Assembly: GCA_965208325.1 (NCBI GenBank) | Contig: OZ242326.1 | Location: 3,456,001-3,520,000 of the forward strand | Origin: Candidatus Poribacteria bacterium | GTDB taxonomy: Bacteria > Poribacteria > WGA-4E > PCPOR2b | Length of the DNA stretch: 64,000 nucleotides | Direction: 5' to 3' | Shown here: in pieces, positions 40,242 through 49,254 of the stretch | Layout: every line of letters begins with the position of its first letter | Position numbering within the stretch: position 1 is the stretch's first letter | Translations under genes and position numbers: made by a program | Notes under the pieces: generated by a model | What the model saw: only the letters and a program-made list of their open reading frames with translations | Told to the model about the DNA's origin: nothing | The model's database searches: none

Positions 40242-40329
40242 CGATCAACTGAGCGGGTAGCGAAGGGAAGACTATCGCGCTCCTTATCTAGTCACTTGAC
40301 CTGTCTACTATTAAGCGGCAAATAGGTAC

Positions 40330-41850
40330 TTGTCTTACGCAATACCTGAAAAAGGATGCATTCCGATGACAGCTAATCGAAAATACAAACTGTATTGCAA
40401 ACTATCCCTGATGCAGATTTCGATTTTTTCCTTTATCGGTGTCTGGTTTTGCCTTTCAGGTTGCGGTGAAGAGGAAACACCCGCACCAATCATTGTCAAA
40501 ACGACAACGCCGCCTACGCTTATCGCTACTAATGTACAAGGCGGCCCGATTCCTGTCAATACACCCATTATCCTCATTTTCAGTAAGAGAGTCCATCTAA
40601 CCTCCGCACAACGCGGAATCTCAGTTCGCTCTGCCGTTGACGCCGAAGTTGTCAAAGGGGTTATCACCCTTGAGCAGCAGAATCGCGCAGTCAAATTCAC
40701 ACCTACAGAACAGATGACAGCCGGAGCTTACGTCCTGACAGTTTTGGGTGTTGAGGATTTGGAAGACAATACATTAACCACGCCTTTTTCAATCTTTTTC
40801 AATGCGGTTGAAGTCGATATCACACAACAACCCGCAGACGTTATACCACCCACGGTTGTAAATACTATCCCTACTGAAGGCGGCTCTGTCAAAGCAACAG
40901 GCAGCCTTGTGGTGCGTTTCGATGAAGAAGTGGATCCGGTTTCAGCCCAAGCGGGCATCGTGGTTTCCGGCATTGAAGGGGTCGTGGAGGTTGGCGGCGC
41001 TGTGGCTGTATTTAAACCGCAGAAGCCGATGGCGGTTGGTAAACACACACTAGCCGTTCTCGGCGTAAGGGATTTGGCGGGGAATGTCATGGGAACTTCC
41101 GTGCTACTTACCTTTGAAGTCATTGCACCGCCCCCTAATGAAATTACCCCGCCCGTTTCAAGACCGCCGCTAATTACCGGTGGGCGGGTTATCTTCTGGG
41201 AGGCTGAGAATTTCACCGCGAAAAACGGAAATGGAATTGAGGTGTTTAAACCTCCGCATCAGGACACAGGTGCAAATAACGTACAATATAAGATTGTCGA
41301 AGCGTCTAACGGCGCGTTTGTCGGTTCAGAAAACGGCGCAGGGGGTGTCTCGAACTCTTGGCTCAAGTATGTGTTTAACGCCTCAGTGGCAGGGGATTGG
41401 TATTTCTGGGGTAGGGTCATTGGCCCTCCGAATAGCGACAATTCTTTCTTCTGGGGCGTGGATATCAAGGATGCTGATGCCAATTCAGTGGACGATGCTA
41501 ACATCAACATCTGGGATTTCAATGAGGCGGCCGGCGGCTCGGTGAATTTCCCATTTGGCAATCCGGCGCCGGCGAAAATTTTACATCAGTGGGCGTGGTA
41601 CCGGTTGAGCAGCCGCAGCGGACCTTTTCCGGGCAGAGGTTCATACGACAATCCAACGCCTCTGGAATTGACGGCGGGCAAGCATACGTTTCACCTCATT
41701 GATCGGGAGGATGGGACGTATTTGGATGCTGTTTTTGCAACGACGGACAGTGCATTCGATGCCAATGAAACGCCTCCTGACGGCAGGCTCGCCGTCGAAC
41801 CGCACGTCAGATTAGCAACAATGTGGGCAAATCTCAGGCGACTAAAATAA
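40330..41850 (+). CDS. Lipoprotein with two Ig-like (Big_5/SbsA-type) domains, a jelly-roll/CBM-like domain and the tail motif
   Basis: LSGC lipobox; D..PPTVV.T.P...V.F.E.VDP; WEAENF; AVEPHVRLATMWANLR. Start uncertain. Confidence 0.82.
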   Translation: MSYAIPEKGCIPMTANRKYKLYCKLSLMQISIFSFIGVWFCLSGCGEEETPAPIIVKTTTPPTLIATNVQGGPIPVNTPIILIFSKRVHLTSAQRGISVRSAVDAEVVKGVITLEQQNRAVKFTPTEQMTAGAYVLTVLGVEDLEDNTLTTPFSIFFNAVEVDITQQPADVIPPTVVNTIPTEGGSVKATGSLVVRFDEEVDPVSAQAGIVVSGIEGVVEVGGAVAVFKPQKPMAVGKHTLAVLGVRDLAGNVMGTSVLLTFEVIAPPPNEITPPVSRPPLITGGRVIFWEAENFTAKNGNGIEVFKPPHQDTGANNVQYKIVEASNGAFVGSENGAGGVSNSWLKYVFNASVAGDWYFWGRVIGPPNSDNSFFWGVDIKDADANSVDDANINIWDFNEAAGGSVNFPFGNPAPAKILHQWAWYRLSSRSGPFPGRGSYDNPTPLELTAGKHTFHLIDREDGTYLDAVFATTDSAFDANETPPDGRLAVEPHVRLATMWANLRRLK

Positions 41851-42075
41851 TCACCCCGGTTGAAGCGTTGAACTTATCCCCGTTCTTTGGATAGCCAGGA
41901 ATTATATTTCAGATGAAAAATCTTGACATATAATCAACTGAGTGTTAAACTTCTTTGAAGTTTAACACAACATTTTAATTTGGTTGTTTACGGGAACCCA
42001 ATACCATCTCGGAGGTCATACAATGCCCACATACTTAGATTTAGCGTTTATGCTATAATGGATTATTAAGAAATC

Positions 42076-42522
42076 ATGAAAACTCGAGTTTCACTTTTTA
42101 GTGTTAGCTCAATGGTTGTGTTGATAATTTTTGTAGTATTGGTAGTGCTGTATTCCTGCGTAATTGCAATCCCGCATGGGTTAAGTAGACAACTACCAAT
42201 AAGGCATCAGATAATTGACATTACTGCGTATATTGGAAAGTTCATTCCAGTTGCCATAGTAATTACAATTATATTAGATCTGATATGGGGTTCACTGATG
42301 ATACTTTGGGAATGGTACAAAGGTAGAGTTTATACAAAAGGCAAATCTGAAGGTATGTCTGAAGGTATGTCTGCAGGTATAATTGAACAACAACAGAAGT
42401 GGGAAGAGTGGAATGCCCGTCGATGCAAAGCTGAAGCTGAAGGTACTAAATTTGATGAACCCCCGCCGCATGCCCAATATGGATCGTCTATAGATGAATC
42501 TACCCATAGGAACAAAAACTAG
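42076..42522 (+). CDS. Hypothetical low-GC membrane protein
   Basis: Two TM helices, KGKSEGMSEGMSAG repeat, WEEWNARR...FDEPPP. Confidence 0.7.
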   Translation: MKTRVSLFSVSSMVVLIIFVVLVVLYSCVIAIPHGLSRQLPIRHQIIDITAYIGKFIPVAIVITIILDLIWGSLMILWEWYKGRVYTKGKSEGMSEGMSAGIIEQQQKWEEWNARRCKAEAEGTKFDEPPPHAQYGSSIDESTHRNKN

Positions 42523-42553
42523 TTAATCCTTAAATTACCAGTTCAAACCTCCC

Positions 42554-42582
42554 ACCGTTGGCACGTTCCAACGGTTTTTTTT
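42554..42582 (+). terminator. Intrinsic terminator
   Basis: ACCGTTGG-CACGTT-CCAACGG followed by T8. Confidence 0.75.
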
Positions 42583-42695
42583 ATTCTCTGTACAATTCAC
42601 GTTGAAATTAACGCATCATGACGATTCAACTTTCCCAAAAACGCTAGCGCTAATCCTTCCTCCACTGATTAAAACCGAAAATTCTTTTATTTCAA

Positions 42696-42724
42696 TTGAC
42701 CGAAATTCTGTTTTATGCTATAAT
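42696..42724 (+). promoter_or_regulatory. Sigma70 promoter
   Basis: TTGACC-17-TATAAT with extended TG. Confidence 0.6.
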
Positions 42725-42782
42725 AAGCTATTCTGTATCGGTACAGTTTGAAATTGATAACATATTGAAAGGAGAGACATAT

Positions 42783-43502
42783 ATGCGACGAATCACCTTT
42801 TTCACATTAGCTAGTGTCGTCGCCTTAAGCCTAATCGTTTGCACGGCAGATGCACAGCATCAAAGAGGCTGGGAGGCGGAAAACTACACAGACCGCAGCG
42901 GCGATGGTATGCAGATTTTCAATTCTCCGCATTCAGCATCAAATGGGGGTGAATACACAATTTCTGATGCTTCCGGTGGTGCATTTATCGGTTCTGACAA
43001 TGGTGCAGGAGGCAGTTCAAATTCTTGGTTTAAATATGCGTTCAACGCCCCAGTGGCAGGAGGTTGGTATCTCTGGCTAAAAGGTATCGGACCGCCAAAT
43101 AGCGACAATTCTTTTTTCTGGGCGATAGATATTGCCGATGAGGATGCTGCGTCAGCAGATAACGATCAGATAAACATTATTGATTTCAATGAAGCCGCTG
43201 GCTCCTCACAGAATTTCCCGCTTGGCAACCCGCCTCCAGAAGGCGCGATACATGACTGGATGTGGTTCCGTGCGGGAAGTCGGAGCGGACCATTTTCTGG
43301 AGTCGGTGATGCAACGCCTCTCGAATTATCCGCGGGTACGCATACGTTGCACATTATGGATCGAGAGGACGGAGCTTATCTGGATGCCTTCTACATAACA
43401 ACCGATGCTAATTTCAACGCCAATGAAACCGAACCCATAGCCGTTGAATCGCAGGGGAAATTAGCCACAACTTGGGCAAATCTCAAGGGCAAAACATATT
43501 AA
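42783..43502 (+). CDS. Secreted jelly-roll/CBM-like protein, paralog 2
   Basis: RBS AAGGAG, signal peptide, WEAENY, tail AVESQGKLATTWANLK. Confidence 0.85.
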   Translation: MRRITFFTLASVVALSLIVCTADAQHQRGWEAENYTDRSGDGMQIFNSPHSASNGGEYTISDASGGAFIGSDNGAGGSSNSWFKYAFNAPVAGGWYLWLKGIGPPNSDNSFFWAIDIADEDAASADNDQINIIDFNEAAGSSQNFPLGNPPPEGAIHDWMWFRAGSRSGPFSGVGDATPLELSAGTHTLHIMDREDGAYLDAFYITTDANFNANETEPIAVESQGKLATTWANLKGKTY

Positions 43503-43599
43503 TTTCGCCTTTGCGTGACGTGCATAAAATATGGTATAACCGCGAATTCCGACAAAATTGACATTTTTCACAGTCGATTATTACTTGTGGAGGTCACAT

Positions 43600-44349
43600 A
43601 TGCGTTTCATTACCTTAATCACGCTAGTTGGTCTTGCCCTCTTGAGCGTGCTTACATTTGAAGCAATCGCCCAAGAATTTCAATTCGCCGCAGAAGACTT
43701 TATCGCGTCCAGCGGAGAACGGTGGCAGATTCTCACGCCTCCGTTCTCAACCGTGGCATCGGACAACCCGAACCGGGCTCCGGAACTTCCCGACAACCGT
43801 GAGTATACCATCACGGAGGCGATCGGAAACGCTTTCATCGGCTGGCCTGATGGACCGGATGCGTGTTGCGGGGATGGCAGTTGGGTAAAATATTCGGTTA
43901 GCGTACCAGCAACAGGGACATGGTACCTCTGGGCACGGGCTGTCGTTGCGACGCAGGCAGATAATTCGTGGTTTTGGGCGTTCGATTTGGCGGATGACGA
44001 GGTGGTTTCTGACGACGCCAACGGTGCAGGCCCGATGAACATCTGGGATGTCCTTGAGAGTGCCGATCTGCACGACCGGTATACGCTCAATTGGACCTGG
44101 TATCCGCTAGTTAGCCGCAGAGGGCCCCATACCGGAACGGAAGTTGGTCAGTATACCGATGATCGAGTGGGTGTGGAGCTTTCGGCTGGCACCCATACGC
44201 TCCACTTCAGCTACCGAGAACACTCCCAAATTGATCACGTTTGGGCAACCATGGAGCAGACGCGCGACCCGAATGTGGATGCGCCGGCGTCTGTGAATCC
44301 GCGTGGGAAATTGGCTGCAAAGTGGGGAGATATCAAAGGCGGTTTTTGA
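43600..44349 (+). CDS. Secreted jelly-roll/CBM-like protein, paralog 3
   Basis: RBS GGAGG, signal peptide, FAAEDF, tail SVNPRGKLAAKWGDIK. Confidence 0.85.
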   Translation: MRFITLITLVGLALLSVLTFEAIAQEFQFAAEDFIASSGERWQILTPPFSTVASDNPNRAPELPDNREYTITEAIGNAFIGWPDGPDACCGDGSWVKYSVSVPATGTWYLWARAVVATQADNSWFWAFDLADDEVVSDDANGAGPMNIWDVLESADLHDRYTLNWTWYPLVSRRGPHTGTEVGQYTDDRVGVELSAGTHTLHFSYREHSQIDHVWATMEQTRDPNVDAPASVNPRGKLAAKWGDIKGGF

Positions 44350-44382
44350 CCAACACACAAAACATAGTAAATTAGCTAGTCT

Positions 44383-44413
44383 AGGGTGTCCTTAACAGGA
44401 CACCCTTTTTTTT
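44383..44413 (+). terminator. Intrinsic terminator
   Basis: AGGGTGTCCT-TAAC-AGGACACCC followed by T8. Confidence 0.85.
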
Positions 44414-44615
44414 GCGCTTGTATTATTTTAGGTTCATGCTATAATTTAGTGCAGTTGGTGACCTCAAAATTGATACCGTCCGATTCCATTTGCAGGGCTG
44501 GGTCGACTATTCAGATCATGAGTTTCACCGTAGGGCAACCGGTAAAACTCGTCCTATTGTGAAGGATGGGATGGTCACATTTCTAACCACTAACGTTATT
44601 ACAAGGAGGAGGGCC

Positions 44616-45386
44616 ATGCGACTGCGATATCCAAATTTACTTATGTTAGTTAGCCTTGTCATATTGAACATTGTCTCTTACGAGGCGAGCGGTCAAACGT
44701 TTCAGTTTCAAGCAGAAGACTTCGTTGAGCAACAGGGGCCGAGCTGGGAAATTCTGAATGTCCCTTATACGGCAGCGGCATCGGGTCACGCCGAACGGGC
44801 GGCGGAGCTAATTGATAGTGATGGAAACAAGATACTGGAATATACCATTGACGAGGCGTTCGGCGATGCGTTTATCGGCGATCCATCGTCCGACGGCGGA
44901 TGTTGCGGCGACGGTGACTGGATTAAGTATGAATTCAGCGTCCCCGCAACCGGAACATGGTACATCTGGGCAAGAGCCATTGCACCGACTAGGGCAGAAA
45001 ATGCGTGGCATTGGGGATTGGATATTGATGGGAGCGATATTGAGGCTGGCAACAACGATCAGAATCCGTCCCTAAATGTCTGGGATCTATTCGAGGGAAG
45101 CCAGTTCACTTGGTCTTCCGATTGGATGTGGTACCCAATCAATAGCCGCAACGGTCCGTTTCCAGGCCTTGAAGTCGATCAACTCACAGAAAACCGTGTC
45201 GGCTTGGAAATCTCCGCCGGCAGCCACACCTGGCACGTCGTTGATCGAGAGCGAGCCTATATCGACATGTTCTGGGCAACAATGGAACAAGCACTGAATC
45301 CTAACGTGAATGCGCCAGATGTGGTCTCGGTAGAACCGCGAGGGAAAATAGCCGCAAAGTGGGGAAAAATTAAACGCGGTTTCTAG
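44616..45386 (+). CDS. Secreted jelly-roll/CBM-like protein, paralog 4
   Basis: RBS AGGAGG, signal peptide, FQAEDF, tail SVEPRGKIAAKWGKIK. Confidence 0.85.
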   Translation: MRLRYPNLLMLVSLVILNIVSYEASGQTFQFQAEDFVEQQGPSWEILNVPYTAAASGHAERAAELIDSDGNKILEYTIDEAFGDAFIGDPSSDGGCCGDGDWIKYEFSVPATGTWYIWARAIAPTRAENAWHWGLDIDGSDIEAGNNDQNPSLNVWDLFEGSQFTWSSDWMWYPINSRNGPFPGLEVDQLTENRVGLEISAGSHTWHVVDRERAYIDMFWATMEQALNPNVNAPDVVSVEPRGKIAAKWGKIKRGF

Positions 45387-45628
45387 TCAATACTTTTCAA
45401 ACGCGGCAAGGCGTAATAGGTAAACTCGATAATTACTAGATTGAAGTATACCTTCTAGCTAACGGCAAAGGTTGCACACGTTGGATATTGACATTCATCA
45501 GAGAGCGTTTAAGCGGGGCCTAAATCAATCACTAAGGTTTGACGTTCTACTTCCAACACTTCGGCTTGGCGTGCGTGCAGAGCAACGGCTCCCAAGACCA
45601 CCTACTTCTACGCCCCGGTGACTGAAAA

Positions 45629-46513
45629 ATGGATATAAGTTTTCAGGCTGATGGGGTAGGTTGGAACCTTGAGAAATGCGCCGCATGGGCACAAGCAAAC
45701 GACTTTGACTGTGTACGCTTGGCCGATAGCGGTGTGCTGGAGTCTGGCCGTATTCTCACCGAGGGGCCGGACAAAGTATTGGAGACACTCAATCATTACG
45801 GCCTCTATCTTGCAGCTATTACCGCACATTGCAACCTTCTCGACGACGATGAAAATGTGCGGTGGTCCGAACAGACCCGTCTGATGCAGGCGATCGAATC
45901 AGCCAACGTGTTGGAATGCCGCGTGGTAATTACCGGCAGCGGCGCGCCGGTGAAGAACGGCCGGTTCTACGGCATGTACTCATCGCCGCCTGGAAACCCC
46001 AGTGACCGCTCGGAGGAGCTAGTTGAACGCTTTGCCGAAATGTTTACGCCAGTGGTCAAATTAGCCGAGGACAAAGATATCAAGATTGCCTTGGATGTAG
46101 CTGTACGCATGGGAAACATCGCCTGCAACCCTGAAATGTGGGACAAAATCCTGGACGCGGTACCCTCTGATCATCTTGGGTTGTCCTGCGACCCGTCACA
46201 TTGGTTGTGGATGATGATTACCCCAATCGAAGACGTAATTCGTGATTACGCTGGCAAGTGGTACTATGCGGATGTAAAAGATTGCGAAGTAAATCCGCAC
46301 ATGCTATATCGACAAGGAATTATTGGCAACTGGTGGTGGCAGTACCGGGTGCCGGGAAGGGGCACGTTGGATTGGGGCACAGTTATTGGTTCACTGATGG
46401 AATCAGGCTACGATTATGTGCTCTGCGTGGAGAATGAGGACCGCGAAATGCCCGGTCTGGAAGGCATCGCCTACGGTTGCCGACATCTACGCCAATTTTT
46501 GCCGCCCGGGTGA
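45629..46513 (+). CDS. Sugar phosphate isomerase/epimerase (TIM barrel)
   Basis: GLSCDPSH, VKD, RVPGRGTLDW, VENED. Confidence 0.88.
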   Translation: MDISFQADGVGWNLEKCAAWAQANDFDCVRLADSGVLESGRILTEGPDKVLETLNHYGLYLAAITAHCNLLDDDENVRWSEQTRLMQAIESANVLECRVVITGSGAPVKNGRFYGMYSSPPGNPSDRSEELVERFAEMFTPVVKLAEDKDIKIALDVAVRMGNIACNPEMWDKILDAVPSDHLGLSCDPSHWLWMMITPIEDVIRDYAGKWYYADVKDCEVNPHMLYRQGIIGNWWWQYRVPGRGTLDWGTVIGSLMESGYDYVLCVENEDREMPGLEGIAYGCRHLRQFLPPG

Positions 46514-46654
46514 GCAGATTGTGACCCACCTCTCATGTCCTCAAGGAACTGCGAGTTACGAACCAACCCCGATTTGCTGGTTTTACCACCCAATCTTGTA
46601 CCCTTGGTAAATGATACCGTTGTCAGCTCTCACGCAGATACTTCAAGCTCAAAC

Positions 46655-47407
46655 CTAATACTGTTGTCTGATATTGCCCCACGTCACCGCCAGTTTCCCT
46701 TTCGGCGATACAGCTAACGATGGAAGTACCTTACTCGGGTCTTGTGACTTATTTGTGGTGGCAAAAATCACATCAATATACATCCCGTCTTCGCGGTGAA
46801 CGATGTGCAGCGTATGGTCCCCGGCAGACAATCTCACAGGTTTTGGATTTTGCCCGTTCTGCGTAGCTTCAGGTCCATTGAACGGTCCCGAACGGCTATT
46901 GATTTGGAACCATACCCAGCCGGAGGACAGTTCCCCTCGGAATTGCGCGGCTTCGTAAAAATCCCATATATTCATGTCCTTATTGTCTTCCGACACCGCC
47001 TTGTCATCGTCAATATCCAGACCCCAATAGATTGAGTTATCGCCGACTGTCGGCGCGATAGCTCTTGACCATATGTAATAACTGCCTTCTGTCGGTACAT
47101 TGAACGCATACTTAATCCATGCGCCCCCCAGAACGTTAATCCTGTCGCCTGGACCGTTGGGAATACCGATAAAGGCGCCGTTGGACGCTTCAGCGATAGA
47201 ATATTTGCCTTTACCGCGAATCTCCTTTGCCATGTGTTCATGAACTTGTACCGGGGCACTAAACGGCGGTTTCAATTTCTCCCACTCCTTTCCATCGGAG
47301 TCGATGAAATCTTCAGCTTCAAAGTGGAAGGTTTCCGCATTCATCTGAACAGCAACACAGTTCATGATGATAAAGCTAGCAAGAAAGGTAACGGTCATAA
47401 ATCGCAT
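46655..47407 (-). CDS. Secreted jelly-roll/CBM-like protein, paralog 5
   Basis: RBS AAGGAGG, signal peptide, FEAEDF, tail AVSPKGKLAVTWGNIR. Confidence 0.85.
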   Translation of the reverse strand: MRFMTVTFLASFIIMNCVAVQMNAETFHFEAEDFIDSDGKEWEKLKPPFSAPVQVHEHMAKEIRGKGKYSIAEASNGAFIGIPNGPGDRINVLGGAWIKYAFNVPTEGSYYIWSRAIAPTVGDNSIYWGLDIDDDKAVSEDNKDMNIWDFYEAAQFRGELSSGWVWFQINSRSGPFNGPEATQNGQNPKPVRLSAGDHTLHIVHREDGMYIDVIFATTNKSQDPSKVLPSLAVSPKGKLAVTWGNIRQQY

Positions 47408-47730
47408 GAAAGTGACCTCCTTATCGTGTTGGGTTTTTGATGTTAGTAGACATATTTGATAGCAACACCATCAATACACATAGAAAAACCAGGAATGCGC
47501 GAAATGGTTGAATTTTCCCCATGTAGGAAAATCAACTCGTATGACTTTTCACGGCCGGTTGAAGCGACGATATACAACTTCGCATCGGTATCGACTAAAA
47601 TCGCTACAGATGCGCGCTCGAACTTCCTCAATATTCGCCAAATATTATACAAACCTAATTTACCTTTGGCAACGACAATCTTGTTTCGAGTGCTCTAAGA
47701 GCCGCCAAAGTTTACCAAAAGGGAATTAAA

Positions 47731-48825
47731 ATGCACGGCAAAATGAAAATCGGAATTATCGGCTGTGGTATGATTAGCAGTACCTATTTCGGCGCCGCCC
47801 AGAACACCGATGTTTTAGAAATCAAATCTTGTGCTGATATCAATATAGAGGCTGCTCGAAGCCAAGGGGACAAATACAACTGCCAAGCAGTAAGTGTTGA
47901 CAAATTGCTAGCGGATGCAGAGATTGAACTTGTCCTCAACCTGACTGTTCCCAAAGCCCATGCGGAAGTTGGGTTGGAGGTGTTGGAGGCAGGAAAGCAC
48001 GTCTATAGCGAAAAGCCGTTCGCTGTAGATATTGAAAGCGGCGAAATGCTTCTTCGTACGGCAGCCAAACAAGGGTTACGCGTCGGCTGCGCACCGGACA
48101 CATTTTTCGGGGCAGGGATTCAAACGTCCCGAAAGATAGCAGATGAAAACCGCATCGGCAAAATAATCGCCGGAACGGCATTCATGTGCGGCCATGGTCC
48201 CGAAAACTGGCATCCGAATGCTCCATTTTACTTCGATATCGGCGGAGGTCCCATGATGGATATGGGACCTTACTACATCACAGCGCTTGTAAACATCCTC
48301 GGTCCGGTCGAGCGGGTCGCGGGCATTACAGCCAAGGCATTTGACGAAAGAATACCAACTAGCGGCGCATTTAGTGGCGTGCATATTCCCGTACACACCT
48401 CCACACATCTAGCGGGCGTTATGGAGTTTGTTTCCGGTGCCGTCGTCACGATGATTATGAGTTTTGATATGTGGAGACACAGCCTACCGTGCATTGAACT
48501 TTACGGTACGACAGGTTCGATGCAGGTCCCCGACCCGAATAATTTCGGCGGACCAGTGCGTAATTCTGATTCCGGTGGAGATTGGCACGATGTTCCGCTC
48601 GCTTTTCCACAGAATGCCCGCATGATTGGCGTTATTGATATGGTTCGTGCAATTCGATCGGGGCGAGAGCACCGTGCCAGCGGAACGTTAGCACACCACG
48701 TTCTGGAAACGATGCTCGCGTTTGACAAATCTTCGCAGTCCGGCAAATATGTCCAAATTCAGAGTGCGGTGGAACGCCCCGCGCCGCTTCCAATCGGCCT
48801 TAACGAATGGGAAGTGGAAAGCTGA
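47731..48825 (+). CDS. Gfo/Idh/MocA family oxidoreductase
   Basis: GIIGCG, GKHVYSEKP, GCAPDTF, GGGPMMDMGPYY. Confidence 0.95.
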   Translation: MHGKMKIGIIGCGMISSTYFGAAQNTDVLEIKSCADINIEAARSQGDKYNCQAVSVDKLLADAEIELVLNLTVPKAHAEVGLEVLEAGKHVYSEKPFAVDIESGEMLLRTAAKQGLRVGCAPDTFFGAGIQTSRKIADENRIGKIIAGTAFMCGHGPENWHPNAPFYFDIGGGPMMDMGPYYITALVNILGPVERVAGITAKAFDERIPTSGAFSGVHIPVHTSTHLAGVMEFVSGAVVTMIMSFDMWRHSLPCIELYGTTGSMQVPDPNNFGGPVRNSDSGGDWHDVPLAFPQNARMIGVIDMVRAIRSGREHRASGTLAHHVLETMLAFDKSSQSGKYVQIQSAVERPAPLPIGLNEWEVES

Positions 48826-48966
48826 TATTAAAGCCTAGTATGTTTTGTAATCGTTGAGGATAGATTCCGTCGAAAGATCGCTCTTCTCACAACCATAACA
48901 AATGACAGATAGGCGTAGCGCATCGAAGGACTTTCAAGCTGGTAAGTTTGTGACTCGTTGGGCGGA

Positions 48967-49042
48967 TGGTGGGGCGTACTGGATTTGAACCAGTGACTTC
49001 TACCGTGTGAAGGTAGCGCTCGTACCACTGAGCTAACGCCCC
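48967..49042 (-). tRNA. tRNA-Val(CAC)
   Basis: GGGGCGTTAGCTCAG...CTACC-TTCACAC-GGTAG...GGTTCAAATCC...CGCCCCACCA. Confidence 0.96.
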
Positions 49043-49072
49043 ATTAGGCGAGTATGATAAACAACTAAAAAG

Positions 49073-49148
49073 TGGTGGGCCCACTAGGATTTGAACCTAG
49101 GACCTGCCGGTTATGAGCCGGCTGCTCTAACCACTGAGCTATAGGCCC
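49073..49148 (-). tRNA. tRNA with CAT anticodon, probably tRNA-Ile2 (lysidine) rather than Met
   Basis: GGGCCTATAGCTCAG...GCCGG-CTCATAA-CCGGC...GGGCCCACCA; TTGACA-17-TACAAT promoter at 49195-49167. Confidence 0.93.
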
Positions 49149-49254
49149 ATCTGAAATCGTGTCCTTATTGTAAAAATTTGGCATTGATTTGTCAATAAAA
49201 TTGCAAAATGGGGCAATTGACATCAGTGAAGGCGAGGAACTCCTTCGGGCATAA

